Assembly: GCF_004010195.1 (NCBI RefSeq)
Contig: NC_057758.1
Coordinates: 6,363,110 to 6,395,741, forward strand
Reading direction: 5' to 3'
DNA: 32,632 nt
Source: Chiloscyllium plagiosum
Taxonomy: Eukaryota
In this document: in pieces, positions 11,230 to 22,976 of the stretch
Position numbering within the stretch: position 1 is the first letter of the stretch
Layout of the letters: every line of letters starts with the position of its first letter
Position numbers and translations under genes: made by a program
The notes under the pieces: model-generated
Told to the model about the DNA's origin: nothing
What the model saw: the letters and a program-made list of their open reading frames with translations, nothing else
Database searches by the model: none

Positions 11230-11680
11230 AGACAGTGGTGCAGTGGCTCAAGAAGGGAGCTCAACACCAATTTCACAGGGACTACTCAAAATCAATAATA
11301 AACGCTGACCGAGCCAGCAATTGCCATGAGCATGAATGAGTGAATGAATTAATGAGTGGATAAATGAATTAATAAGTGAAAAAAAGGATCGGAAAGCAGC
11401 GCTAACTTCACTCAGGAAGGCCCTTTCAACAGCTGTTCATAAACTCGGAACAAATATAACTTGGAAGGGCAGGAGTTAGAAGTGCACGGGAACACCAGCA
11501 TTTCCAAGGTCTTCTCAAAGCTACGCTCCATCCTCCCAGCAATGTGTCTCTCCAGACATCAAAGGACTGCAATGGTCCAGAAAGGCAGCTCAACACCACC
11601 ACCTCCACGTGAATAGAGATGGAAAAGAAATTATGGTCTCGCTGGAGATGGCCACATCCCATCAATGAATATTAGAAAAA
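11230..11680 (+). mobile_element. Two decayed LINE/SINE 3' tails ending in (TGAA)n-like repeats
   Basis: aataaacgctgaccgagccagc...catgaatgagtgaatgaatt (11296-11380) and ggactgcaatggtccagaaaggcagctcaacaccacc...gccacatcccatcaatgaat (11564-11670) resemble each other. Family not named. Confidence 0.45.
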
Positions 11681-12049
11681 AAAGGAAACTCACGGGTTGG
11701 TCCTGTCCCCTTTGATTCCTCCAAACAAATCGCACCCCCATGTAATTTTGTATCGCAGACAAATGTGGTACATTAGATTTTGTCCATCCACCAAATCAAT
11801 TTGAGAATAGATAGGGATCAAACACTAATCCGTTCCCAGTTAGTTTTTTTGGCTCTGAAGGAATTCTCAATCCATGCCAGCATGATCCCTCCAATCACAC
11901 ATGGGCCATTTTTGCGTATTCAGTAGGACCTTGTTGAAAGGTTTCTGAAAATCCCAAAGGGTCTTTCCTTTCTTTTTTCTCGCATATTGTCCACAGACGG
12001 TTAAAAAAAAGAAAAAAATCCAAAGCGTTTGTAAAATGAAATTTCACTG

Positions 12050-12660
12050 ACAGAACAGCATGCTTGGCATTGTCAGAAGACAACGAGTGGGTATAAAGGA
12101 GTCAGCCAGTGACAGTTGGAGCTCCACAGAGGTCAATTCTGGGACGGCACTGTACACGCTATACGTTAACAGACTAGAAAAATGGTGTGAAGGGAAACGG
12201 GAAACAGGGTTCCAAGAAAGATCCCAGGGGCGAAATGCTTGTCACATGAGGAGCAGTTGAAGACTCTGGGTCTGTACTCGTTGAAGGTTAGGAGACGGCG
12301 GCAAAGCATCCTTCAACCTGTCAGAATACTGAGGGGCCTGACTAGAGTGAATTTGGTGAAGTTGTTTCCACTATCAGGAAACACTAGGGCCTTAAGGGCA
12401 CAATTTCAGCGTGAAGAGAGAGCCATTTAATATGGAGATGTGGAGGAATTTATTCAGGCAGAGGGTGATGAATCTGTGGAACTCACTGTCTTAGGCGGCT
12501 GTGGAGGCGAAATAATTCAATGTATTTAACTCAGTGATAGACAGGCTGTTGATGAGTCAGGGGACCATGGTTACAGGGGATAGGTGAAAGAACGGGGTTT
12601 GGAAATGACTCAGCCATAATCAAGTGGTGGAGCAGACTTGATGCTCGTTTATGCTCCATT
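12050..12660 (+). mobile_element. Decayed CR1 LINE 3' ORF2 and 3'UTR
   Basis: ORF 12239-12430 SHEEQLKTLGLYSLKVRRRR...LFPL matches the CR1 C-terminal YEERL..LGLFSL..RR.R motif (compare ORF 24339-24677). A further CR1-like piece lies at ~12930-13100. Confidence 0.7.
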
Positions 12661-13229
12661 ATTTGAAGATCTCATGGACTGTGTTTATTAGATTGGTTTC
12701 GAAGTGTGCAGTTATCATTTATGCAACATCGTTTATTAAGCATTCCAATACTTTGTTGCTTATTAACGTCACCTCTTGGTTTCAGATCGACTGCAGAAAG
12801 CTGCACCACAGAGGAACTTGTGAATCCTTGTGTATAAATATCAGAAAGATAGCATATAGGATCAGCAGGTCAGAGAGAAGTTAAAGGGAATCCTGGCATT
12901 GATTTAAAAGATAATGGAGAATAAAAATAGCGATGCCTTCCAACAATAATGGAGGGCTCCAGCCAGCCCACCCTAAGAACACCTGACGAAGTTTGGTCCT
13001 CTATCCAGAGGGGAAATGTTCTTGCATTGGAGGCAGTCCAGAGAAGATTCAACAGACTGATCTGCAAAATGAAAAGAGGTGGATAAGATTGAAATTGAAC
13101 TGACGAGAACTTAGACACAGAGGCAAATTTATTGATACACTGATGATTTGTCGGTGTTCTTACAGGTCAGTGATGAGATATTGGTTCCCCTGAACAAGGA
13201 TCTATAACAGGTGAGAATGGGGAATGCAG

Positions 13230-14350
13230 AAACGAGAGAAGCCTGCAGAGAAAACCCGGGTTGTAGGGACCGGAAGATGCTACAGAATTCGGCTGGTCTG
13301 ACAGCACTGATTGTGGTTAGAGAACAGATAAGTTCTCGGAATAAAAGTTACAGCGAAGAAGAGGATGATAGAGGCTGGAGATTACTCCGTTGGGTGGTAA
13401 CTGGAAGTGCTGGTGTTTACTGAGATAGGTAGATTCGAAGGGACTGGATCAGTTCACAGAGACAGGGAGAAGTATCAGGATTGAAGGAAACAGACAAGAT
13501 GAGAATTGTATGGCTGCATGAGCTTCAAGATAAAATTCACACGATACCAGGTAATAGTCCAACTAGTTTATTTGGAACCACTAGCTTTCGGAGCGCTGCT
13601 CCTCCACCAGTTAGTTCAGTCACAACTACCTGAGGCAGGAGCAGTACGCTGTAATCTAGTGCTGACAAATAAATCTGTTGCATTACGACCTAGTTTTGTC
13701 TGCTTTTTAACTTTATCCACCCCAGTCCATCACCAGCTACGCCAGACCATGGGTCTCGAAGAGTTAGTGAAAGTTGTGAAGGCAGGTTTGCAGCATTCTC
13801 ATCAGGTACACAGAGATGTGGAGTGCTGCTCTGGAGGCGGTTACAGAAATTAAGAGTGTTTCAGATGCTGGAAGACATCATAAAGACTGTACTATTTGAG
13901 GAGGTTACAGGGGCAGAGTGCATTTACGAGTTGGAGGCTGCTACAGATGCGAAAATGCTACAAATGATCAATAGACTAATATGGACCAGGAGGATTGGAA
14001 TGTCTGGTGATACCAAACGAGATTTGCAGAAATTGAGCAATATCACAGAGACATGTGAGCTAGAAGAGTTATAACATGAAACGAACTGCTGTCTGTGGAT
14101 TTAAGAAAGATGCAGAGAGATCTGAAGGGATTGAAGGTGATAAAAAAAGGACGTAAGGCTTCTCAGGGTAGGACCGAGATGGTTTACACAGACAGCGAAT
14201 ATTTTATGAAATGGTGCAATTTACATAAACAAGAGAGTTGTATAGAGGAGCTAACAGAAGTATGGACATCTGTCGTGAATATAGATATTTGCTTATATCG
14301 GATTCTTTGGTTCTGGATGTTATATAGATGGGATAGCTGGAGAGTCTACT
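13230..14350 (+). repeat. Decayed ~36-37 bp minisatellite tract, interrupted by a PLE/SINE-like remnant at ~13500-13750
   Basis: ctggaggcggttacagaaat (13831), ctggaagacatc (13868), tttgaggaggttacagggg (13895), ttggaggctgctacagat (13931). Confidence 0.5.
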
Positions 14351-14499
14351 ACATTTCTAGCATTAAAACAATTGCAGCTGAGTCCACCTGTACCTTTGAT
14401 TTCAACATCTGCTCCCTGCCTACTCTTCCCCTTAGTCACGCTGAGATCATTATTTAGTTTGGTATAGGCTTAGTTACTACATCCTTCCTGTCCACTAAC

Positions 14500-15010
14500 C
14501 TCCCCCTTTAGTTCCAACAGCCCTGCCACATTAGCTTAAACACTGCCAACAGCGTACCTAACAGCACCCCAAGGACACTGGTTCCAGTCCTGCTCAAGAG
14601 TAGATCGTCGAATTTTTAGTAGACCCACCTCCCCCTGAACAGGTCCCAATGTCCCAAAAATCTTAACCCCTCCCTGTTGCAGCATCTCTCAAATCACTCG
14701 TACATCCTCCAATCTTTCATTTCTGCTCTGACTAACACGTGACACTGCTGGCAAACCTGACATTACTATCTATGAGGTCCTACTTTTTAACTCGTTTCGT
14801 AACTCCCTTATTTCTGCTTGTAGGACTCATTCCGATTTTTACCGACAGGATTGATGCTGTTATGTACCACGACAGCCGGCTGCTCCCCCTCCCCCTTCGA
14901 AAGGTACTGCAGCAGATCTGAGACATCCCTGACCCGTATACCCGAGAGGAAACATAATATTCTTGAGTTTAGTTTTCGATCACATAACGGTCTGTCTGCT
15001 CCCCTTGCGT
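14500..15010 (-). mobile_element. CR1 LINE ORF1 remnant (SGNH/esterase domain)
   Basis: ORF 14808-15224(-) contains DRPLCDRKLNSRILCFLSGIRVRDVSDLLQYLSKGEGEQPAVVVH, and downstream reads EGLRFLGHWDLFRGR; both are characteristic of the CR1 ORF1 esterase domain. Confidence 0.8.
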
Positions 15011-15584
15011 GACGTAAGGCAGTCAGTGAAAGGCCGGTGAATCTCTGGCTCATGGGCCATACACCCTGTATCCTCCAGCCCTCTGGTGTTGGGGTATGGA
15101 CTTGGCAAAGAACAGAAAAATACACGGAGGGAGACAACAAGGCATTTATATACGGAATGGGGGAGAATGAAAATGTAATGGGGCCACGAGAATCTGAAAG
15201 GCTGAAATATTTTGTGAGGGGCAAAAAGTGTTGAAGTGAAAATCAGGGTAGGAAATATTTCAAGGGGGTGCAAACGTTTACAAGTAGCAATATTTGAGGA
15301 GTCTCAAAGTGAGTAGCTTGCAAAATTGGAACAGAGGGCATACATTTGGAACTATATTTGGGAGGAAACTGAAATGTGGAAACGCGATATTTCAGAGAAA
15401 AATATTTGTCAGGTGGGGGCAACGTTTGTGTGCGTGGGGAATGGAATATATGAGGGGGGCCATTGTTCTGGGGGCACAAGATTTGATTTGGGGTACAATA
15501 CTGTGAACAGGTAAAATTGAGGACCACCTTTGGGGGAGTAAAGAAAGGAGAAGCTGAGAGGCAGTGAAAAGGATTGGTAGATAT

Positions 15585-15603
15585 ACACACACACACACAC
15601 ACA
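15585..15603. repeat. (AC)n microsatellite, about 9 units
   Basis: Read directly from the sequence. Confidence 0.9.
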
Positions 15604-16922
15604 GACAAAGCTGCAGTGTCAAACCAGCTACAATACAATCAGGCATGGGAACAGATTCTTCTGCATCCAGGCGACACAGATTTATCCCACAATGGAACAC
15701 AGTAATTTGACACAGACCAACTCAAGATGTAAGTGTAGATGCTGTAAAGACATCGAGTTTACTTTTAATGTGTTTCTGACGGTGAACCTCAATCCATTTC
15801 ACGATTTGACATCAATGGATGACATGGACCTGTTGTCCGAGTGGATGTTTGTTTATTCTACAAATAATCATGAGCTTATTAAACGCATTCACCTCCTTCT
15901 CGAGCAAGAAGCATCGCAACCGTGTCCCACATTTCCATCGACATTTCATCTGGAAAAGCTGAGAGTTATTCGATTGACACAAACTGTACTGAAGATACTA
16001 AAACTCAGGTCATTGTCAGTTACTGAACATAGTCACTGTTTGTGCGTGTCAGTGTGTTTTTACTTGTGTATATTTCTGTGTGTTTGTATATCAGTACATC
16101 TCTGGTCTAAACCTAAATGCAACTGTACCTGCTGGAAGGAAGTTTGAATGAATGGATGAATTAAAAAAATTATGGATCAGTGTGGAGAGTGTCTCTAACC
16201 TTCTTTCGGTACAAGTGTTAAAATGCAGCGCTCTGCTGACATGCCAACGTTACGACACAAGCGGCAGATTCTCTTGGTGAGGGAGTTAATGCATCAAGCC
16301 CTGTGAATCTCCGACGTTGCACGGTTGTATCCTTCTGCAGACAATGTCTTTGGAGACACAGACAGCTTTTTTTCCAATCAATTTTGTCAGAGAAATAAGC
16401 AGAAGGAGACAAAAATGGGAGCAGGAGAGCAACGGTTATTGTGAGAGTGGAAAGTAGATATGGAGCAAGACAGACAAAGGAAGAGAAATGAAATTTGCTG
16501 AGGCTAGGTCAGAGTGGGTATCCCAGAGGTGAAAGGAAGGACGGAATGTCTGTCAGCCAACTTCTGAACTCGGCCCCTGTCTCCTCATTTCCTCTTCCCT
16601 GAGGATCAGGACTTGGGCTGAATCTGCCTCTCTGCAGCTCAGCTTCTTCAACACGAAGACAAACAACAATTTAATGCATCCTACTGCTTGGCACTTTTTA
16701 ATGAGCACTTTTGTATTTAGAAATTAAGTGATTAACACAGTCAGTGGGATGGTGATTTTTCTTACTGACTCCTCAGTTGAGAGAAACAATGAATTGTGTC
16801 CCTGTAACCTCCTGTGGGATATGGTTAGAGAAATTGGCAATACCCTAAGTCTCTTACCATGACGACAGGGTGATTCACCGCTGAAACACTGAATTGAAAT
16901 GATAACATTACGAATGAATTGA

Positions 16923-17830
16923 TTAACAGTTGGATTTGATTGTTTGATGAACTTGGGTAAAAGGATATTTCAGGGCATGCTTCAGCTGCTGTCTGAACTT
17001 CGTCTGGGTCACAGAATAAATCGCAGTGTTTGTGCAGCAACTGAGGAGCTGCAGCATGTATCCCAATTTCTGTACATACCAATCTAAATGCATAGAACTA
17101 TACCCAATATTCAACATTCGGTGCCAAATAGAATAGACCATTTACGTTGACCATAACAGGATGAAATTGGCCGAGATCACAAACAGTAAAGTAATGGATT
17201 TTTTTCGATTTTGCATTTCTGTGTCGCACTGACCGTGCCCATTGCTGTGAGCCCGGAGTCTCCTACGGGTTCTGCTGGTCACTAAAACGTGTCTGACTGT
17301 GAACACATTGAGCATCAGAATCAGGAGAAATGGGAGACCCACGGTTAAAACGATGTGGAGGAACTCGATTGTGACCCATACGCGAGAGAAACCAACATAG
17401 TGCATTTCATCACAAAACCATGGATAGTTCCTCAGTCGATACCGAGCCGTGAGCATAAAATACCAGAAAACGTTCTTTAAACAGCTCAGCACAGTCACTG
17501 TTCCCAGAACACCAGCCATCATTTTCTCAATGCAGTATTTTCTTTTCAGTTTCTGGCAACAAATGGCCACAAATCGATCAAAGGTAAAAGCGACGGTGAA
17601 CCAGACAGAACAGTCAGTGGCTGCATAAAGCAGGACGGCGTGGATATTACACACGGGGATGGATAACAGGAAATGAAACTGTTCCCAGTAAACAATTGGA
17701 ATGTGTCTCAATATCAGATCGAGGATAATAACCAGTAGGTCCGCCATTGCCATGGCCCCCAGGTAACGTATGACACATGGAGACAATCCACAATCTTTAC
17801 AAAGCAGGACGTAGACCGTCACTACATTGA
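16923..17830 (-). pseudogene. GPR139-like class A GPCR, main coding exon (end of TM1 to C-terminus), with an in-frame stop in TM6
   Basis: ORFs 17142-17822 and 16923-17141 are in the same frame, separated only by TAA at 17142-17144. Motifs: AMAMADLL (TM2), PVC and FTFDRFVAIC (TM3, DRY variant), PWFC (ECL2), RKKSITLLF.ISANFILLW (TM6), LQLLSCCTNTAIY..TQTKFR (TM7/helix 8). These match the GPR139/GPR142-like receptors expanded in cartilaginous fishes. Orthology to GPR139 itself is not established. Confidence 0.88.
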
Positions 17831-17855
17831 CTGTGGGGAAGGAAAATAAACAAGT
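17831..17855 (-). promoter_or_regulatory. 3' splice acceptor of the GPCR exon
   Basis: Minus strand cttgtttattttccttccccacAG|TC AAT GTA GTG ACG: polypyrimidine tract plus CAG, phase 1, just before the TM1 Asn. This is the intron position known for GPR139. Confidence 0.8.
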
Positions 17856-18423
17856 TATACATCAGCCAGAAGGCAAACCGACTAGTTTAATTGAAGACAG
17901 ATTGAGTCTCTGAAATGTGTTTTTGTATTCAGAGAATTATTTAAATAATTGAAACTGAAATAAGAAATGGGAAGTTCCGAACCACTGACAAAAATGTGAC
18001 ATAAAGCACAAGATACCCCCCTTCCCTAAATCCACAGACATAAATCCATAAGGATAGATGTTTCCAAAGCAATCCCACACAATTCATCACTCGAGAGCAG
18101 TCACAGATCACGTCTTTACATTTCCTAATATGGCGGGTGAAAACGATTCTCTTCCCATTCCTTGAAGACAAACGAAAGTTGAAATTTGTATCTTTTAGTC
18201 TCAATTGTTGTCGATCCACTGCCATGAAGAAATGTAAACGCAGAGAAGACATATTCACAATATTAACGGCCTGAAGGGACTTCGAAGCAATCTGATCTTC
18301 TCTAAGAAACATGGAAGGAAAAAACCAGGAGGAGGCCATGAGAAATGGCAAATGGAGTTTAATATAGATAAGTGTGAGGTCTTGCATTTTGGAAAAGCAA
18401 ATCAAGGGGTTTCATAGTGAGTG

Positions 18424-18457
18424 TTCGACGTTTCGGGCACAGGCCCTTCTTCAGGAA
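18424..18457 (-). ncRNA. Minimal hammerhead ribozyme, intact core, sense to the GPCR intron
   Basis: Minus strand uuc-CUGAAGA-A-GGGC-CUGU-GCCC-GAAAC-GUC-gaa: 3-bp stem I (uuc/gaa), perfect 4-bp stem II and a GUC cleavage triplet. Confidence 0.7.
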
Positions 18458-18531
18458 TTCCTGACCTGCTGTGCTGTTCCAGCAATGAAGTTTCAACTTT
18501 GATCTCCAGCATCTGCAGACCTCACTTTCTC
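18424..18531. mobile_element. Short non-autonomous PLE-derived element, same family as 7691-7880
   Basis: gacgtttcgggcacaggcccttcttcagg head and ccagcatctgcagacctcactttctcc tail match the 7691-7880 element. Confidence 0.75.
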
Positions 18532-19260
18532 CTGGTTCACAAGGACACCTAAGTCCCACTGCACTCACCCCTTTCCCAATTTACAGCTGTTCAGGTCATA
18601 AACTGCGTTCTTGTTTTTGCTTCTAAAGTAAATAACCTCACGTTTATTCAAATTATATTGCATCTGCCCTTGATTTGCCAACTCACCCAAACTGACCAGC
18701 TCATGTTGAAGTATCTCTGCATCCGCGTAACAGCTCATCCTTCCATGCAACTTGACGTGGTCGACAACTTTTAAGATGTGACATACAGTTCCCTGATCAA
18801 AATCGTTGATATCGTCGGCAGAGGTGAACGTGAGGACTGCAGACGTTGGAGATCAGAATCAAACCGTGTTGCTTTTGGAACGCACAGCAGATCGGGCAAC
18901 ATCCAAAAGCAGGAGAACTGCTTTTGTATATAAGCCCTTCATCATTTGTCATGAATGTATGTTCTGAGTAGCTGGCGTTCTAGCAGGGATCCCTGTGTAC
19001 TCCACTTGTTGAAGAAAAAAAAACATTAATTCCTTCTCGGTGTTTTCTCTTTGCCAATCAGTTTCATATGCACCTCAATACACTTCCCCAAAACACATGC
19101 GCTCTATATCTTACACAATAATCTCCATTGCGGGACTTTGCCTGAAAGTCCAAATATACCAAACCGACTGACTCCCTTGTATCAACTGAATCCCTTCCCT
19201 CGGGATCTCATCTTTTGTTCAATTAACTGACCCTTGACTGTAACCAAGTAATGTCAGTTA
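18532..19260 (-). mobile_element. Decayed CR1 RT fragment containing a nested PLE-derived piece (~18821-18945); repeated in the duplicated copies
   Basis: Minus-strand DLGVLV, QMQYNLNKREVIYF and VDTRESV.LVYLDFQA motifs. The nested piece has a decayed hammerhead core. Confidence 0.7.
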
Positions 19261-22200
19261 TAGACTGTTCTGGGACTGTAGGGTACAGAATATAATAGAG
19301 TCATAAGGATCCACATTACAAAGGCCCTTCTGCCCATTACGTTTGGTTTGATCCACTCAGCCTAACGGTGGAAATAACTCCATAACTCAACTGTCACTTT
19401 GCGCACAAAATCCAGAACATTAAGCGAATGCCTTGATCATTTGATGTCATATCACCTTTTAAAGTCAAACAGATGCCATTCTGTTTTTTCGAAGGTTGCC
19501 TCCGCTTTCAAAATTTAAAGTGTTCTGCATATTGAGTTCTCAATATCAGCCACCCTGTAGCCATGTCTTTCGGATGTCATTAAATCATATCCATTCCCTC
19601 AATATATGCATTGAATTCTCAATTTATTTTGAGAGTACAACGCACATTCAGATGCAATGCCTTTCATTTCTATTTTCAAGCTAATATATCTGCTCCATTG
19701 TTACCTTCATTCCTCACTTGTTTTCTTAAACTCGCCCCTCACCCGAGTTGTGGTAACCTCAGTTTAAATCACCGCGAGTGGTCTCTCTCGAATAAGACAG
19801 CAGTCCCGTGGTCCTCTGATTTTATGACCACTTTACCACTGTGAACGTGTTGTATCTGCTTTGTGTATTGTAATTTCATTTTCCATTGTGTCCTTGAGGG
19901 TTGTGGTCATAGACAGATACATTCACCATCCCCCACAATGCACATTCATGCCCACTCCTCCGACAAATCTTACATTGTTGCTTTTATGAACCGATCTGTC
20001 TGTGACTCCAAAATATTCACTGTCTCTCCCTCCAATGCTCTTGAGGGAAGACAATTCTCAAGACACAAAACACACTAAAAAAGAAAGTAAATGTCATCAG
20101 CTCAGGAATAAATTGAAGATGATTCAAAAAGAAATAAAATTAAATTGAATACGCCGACTCGCTGAACTTTCAATCTAATGTGTCGGAAGGACATATTGCA
20201 TTGAATGCTCCCGTTAGTTGAACTTCTGTCATTTGTTTTAAAAAGATATGTTGCTGCAGCTGTGCCCAGACTGACTGAGAATGCACCGGAAGAACTGTGT
20301 GGAAGCAGTGATTTTATTTTTGACTCCTTACTTGAGAACGGTTATGATTACATTTGAAACCGTTCACAAATGTTTCACTTCAGTTTTTCACAGGATGAAG
20401 TGTTTATATTTTTAGGTTTGACTGCTTATCCTGGAAATGAGAGGTGATACCATTTAATAAGGCGAGATCTTGAGTATAGTGGATAAGGAGGACAGTCAAT
20501 GGATGCGTGTATCGTCCAAAACTGTTGCCATTATGATTTTCACCTGTTGTGGAAACTTACTTCAGGCAGAAGTCATTTTTTGTTGTTGTCTAAAGTAATT
20601 TACCTTCATTGTTCCTGTCACTGAACGTGACTCTGCCTGAGACCTTCATCATTGGCGATATCACTAACCTGGTTACATAGCTACGGAGAAGGAGACGACT
20701 CGGCAAAATGGGATGATATTTAATTGGGGAAGAGGAAAGTATGATGCGATTACACATGAGTTAGGAAGCATGGATTGGGAGCAATTGTTCCATGGTAAAG
20801 GCACTATAGACATATTATATTGCATCTGCCCTTGATTTGCCAACTCACCCAAACTGACCAGCTCATGTTGAAGTATCTCTGCATCCGCGTAACAGCTCAT
20901 CCTTCCATCCAACTTGACGTGGTCGACAACTTTTAAGATGTGACATACAGTTCCCTGATCAAAATCGTTGATATCGTCGGCAGAGGTGAACGTGAGGACT
21001 GCAGACGTTGGAGATCAGAATCAAACCGTGTTGCTTTTGGAACGCACAGCAGATCGGGCAACATCCAAAAGCAGGAGAACTGACGTTTTGTATATAAGCC
21101 CTTCATCATTTGTCATGAATGTATGTTCTGAGTAGCTGGCGTTCTAGCAGGGATCCCTGTGTACTCCACTTGTTGAAGAAAAAAAAACATTAATTCCTTC
21201 CCGGTGTTTTCTCTTTGCCAATCAGTTTCATCTGCACCTCAATACACTTCCCCAAAACACATGCGCTATATCTTACACAATAATCTCCATTGCGGGACAT
21301 TGCCTGAAAGTCCAAATATACCAAATCGACTGACTCCCTTGTATCAACTGAATCCCTTCCCTCGGGATCGTATCTTTTGTTCAATTATCTGACCCTTGAC
21401 TGTAACCAAGTAATGTCAGTTATAGACTGTTCTGGGACTGTAGGGTACAGACTATAATAGAGTCATGAAGATCCACATTATAAAAGCCCTTCTGCCCATT
21501 ACGTTTGGTTTGATCCACTCAGCCTCACGGTGGAAATAACTTCATAACTCAACTGTCACTTTGCGCACAAAATCAACAACATTAAGCGAATGCCTTGATC
21601 ATTTGATGTCATATCACCTTTTAAAGTCAAACAGATGCCATTCTGTTTTTTCGAAGGTTGCCTCCGCTTTCAAAATTTAAAGTGTTCTGCATATTGAGTT
21701 CTCAATATCAGCCACCCTGTAGCCATGTCTTTCGGATGTCATTAAATCATATCCATTCCCTCAATATATGCATTGAATTCTCAATTTATTTTGAGAGTAC
21801 AATGCACATTCAGATGCAATGCCTTTCATTTCTATTTTCAAGCTAATATCTCTGCTCCATTGTTACCTTCATTCCTCACTTGTTTTCTTAAACTCGCCCC
21901 ACACCCGAGTTGTGGTAACCTCAGTTTAAATCACCGCGAGTGGTCTCTCTCGAATAAGACAGCAGTCCCGTGGTCCTCTGGTTTTATGACTACTTTACCA
22001 CTGTGAACGTGTTGTATCTGCTTTTTGTATTGTAATTTCATTTTCCATTATGTCCTTGAGGGTTGTGGTCATAGACAGATACATTCCCCATCCCCCACAC
22101 TGCACATTCATGCCCACTCCTCCGACAAATCTTACATTGTTGCTTTTATGAACCGATCTGTCTGTGACTCCAAAATATTCACTGTCTCTCCCTCCAATGC

Positions 22201-22976
22201 TCTTGAGGGAAGACAATTCTCAAGATACAAAACACCCTAAAAAAGAAAGTAAATGTCATCAGCTCAGGAATAAATTGAAGATGATTCAAAAGGAAATAAA
22301 ATTAAATTGAATACGCCGACTCGCTGAACTTTCAATCTAATGTGTCGGAAGGACATATTGCATTGAATGCTCCCGCTACTTGAACTTCTGTCATTTGTTT
22401 TAAAAAGATGTGTTGCTGCAGCTGTGCCCAGACTGACTGAGAATGTACCGGAAGAACTGTGTGGAAGCAGTGATTTTTTTTTTTGACTCCTTACTTGAGA
22501 ACGGTTATGATTACATTTGAAACCGTTCCCAAATGTTTCACTTCAGTTTTTCACAGGATGAAGTGTTTATATTTGGAGGTGTGACTGCTTGTCCTTGAAA
22601 TGAGAGGTGATACCATTTAATAAGGCGAGATCTTGAGTATAGTGGATAAGGAGGACAGTCAATGGTGTGTGTATCGTCCAAAACTGTTTCCATTATGATT
22701 TTCACCTGTTGTGGAAACTTACTTCAGGCAGAAGTCATTTTTTTGTTGTTGTCTAAAGTAATTTACCTTCATTGTTCCTGTCACTGAACGTGACTCTGCC
22801 TGAGACCTTCATCATTGGCGATATCACTAACCTGGTTACATAGCTACGGAGAAGGAGACGACTCGGCAAAATGGGATGATATTTAATTGGGGAAGAGGAA
22901 AGTATGATGCGATTACACATGAGTTAGGAAGCATGGATTGGGAGCAATTGTTCCATGGTAAAGGCACTATAGACAT
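18652..22976 (+). repeat. Head-to-tail tandem duplication with a ~2162-bp unit (18652-20813 and 20814-22976)
   Basis: Junction ...gcactatagacat|attatattgcatc at 20813/20814. Paired ORFs are offset by exactly 2162 (19496/21658, 19611/21773, 19863/22025). Scattered substitutions and small indels separate the copies. Confidence 0.97.
19720..19838 (+). mobile_element. SINE-like 3' remnant; copies at ~21882-22000 (+) and ~31367-31483 (-)
   Basis: ctcgcccctcacccgagttgtggtaacctcagtttaaatcacc...gtggtcctctg..ttatgaccactttac resembles a common shark SINE tail, recalled from memory and not checked. Confidence 0.4.

Noticed and set aside
15692..16147. 151-aa ORF starting MEHSNLTQ with a GTAAGT donor-like site
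   Set aside because: No recognisable homology, it runs into TG-rich low-complexity sequence, and there is no partner exon in the window.
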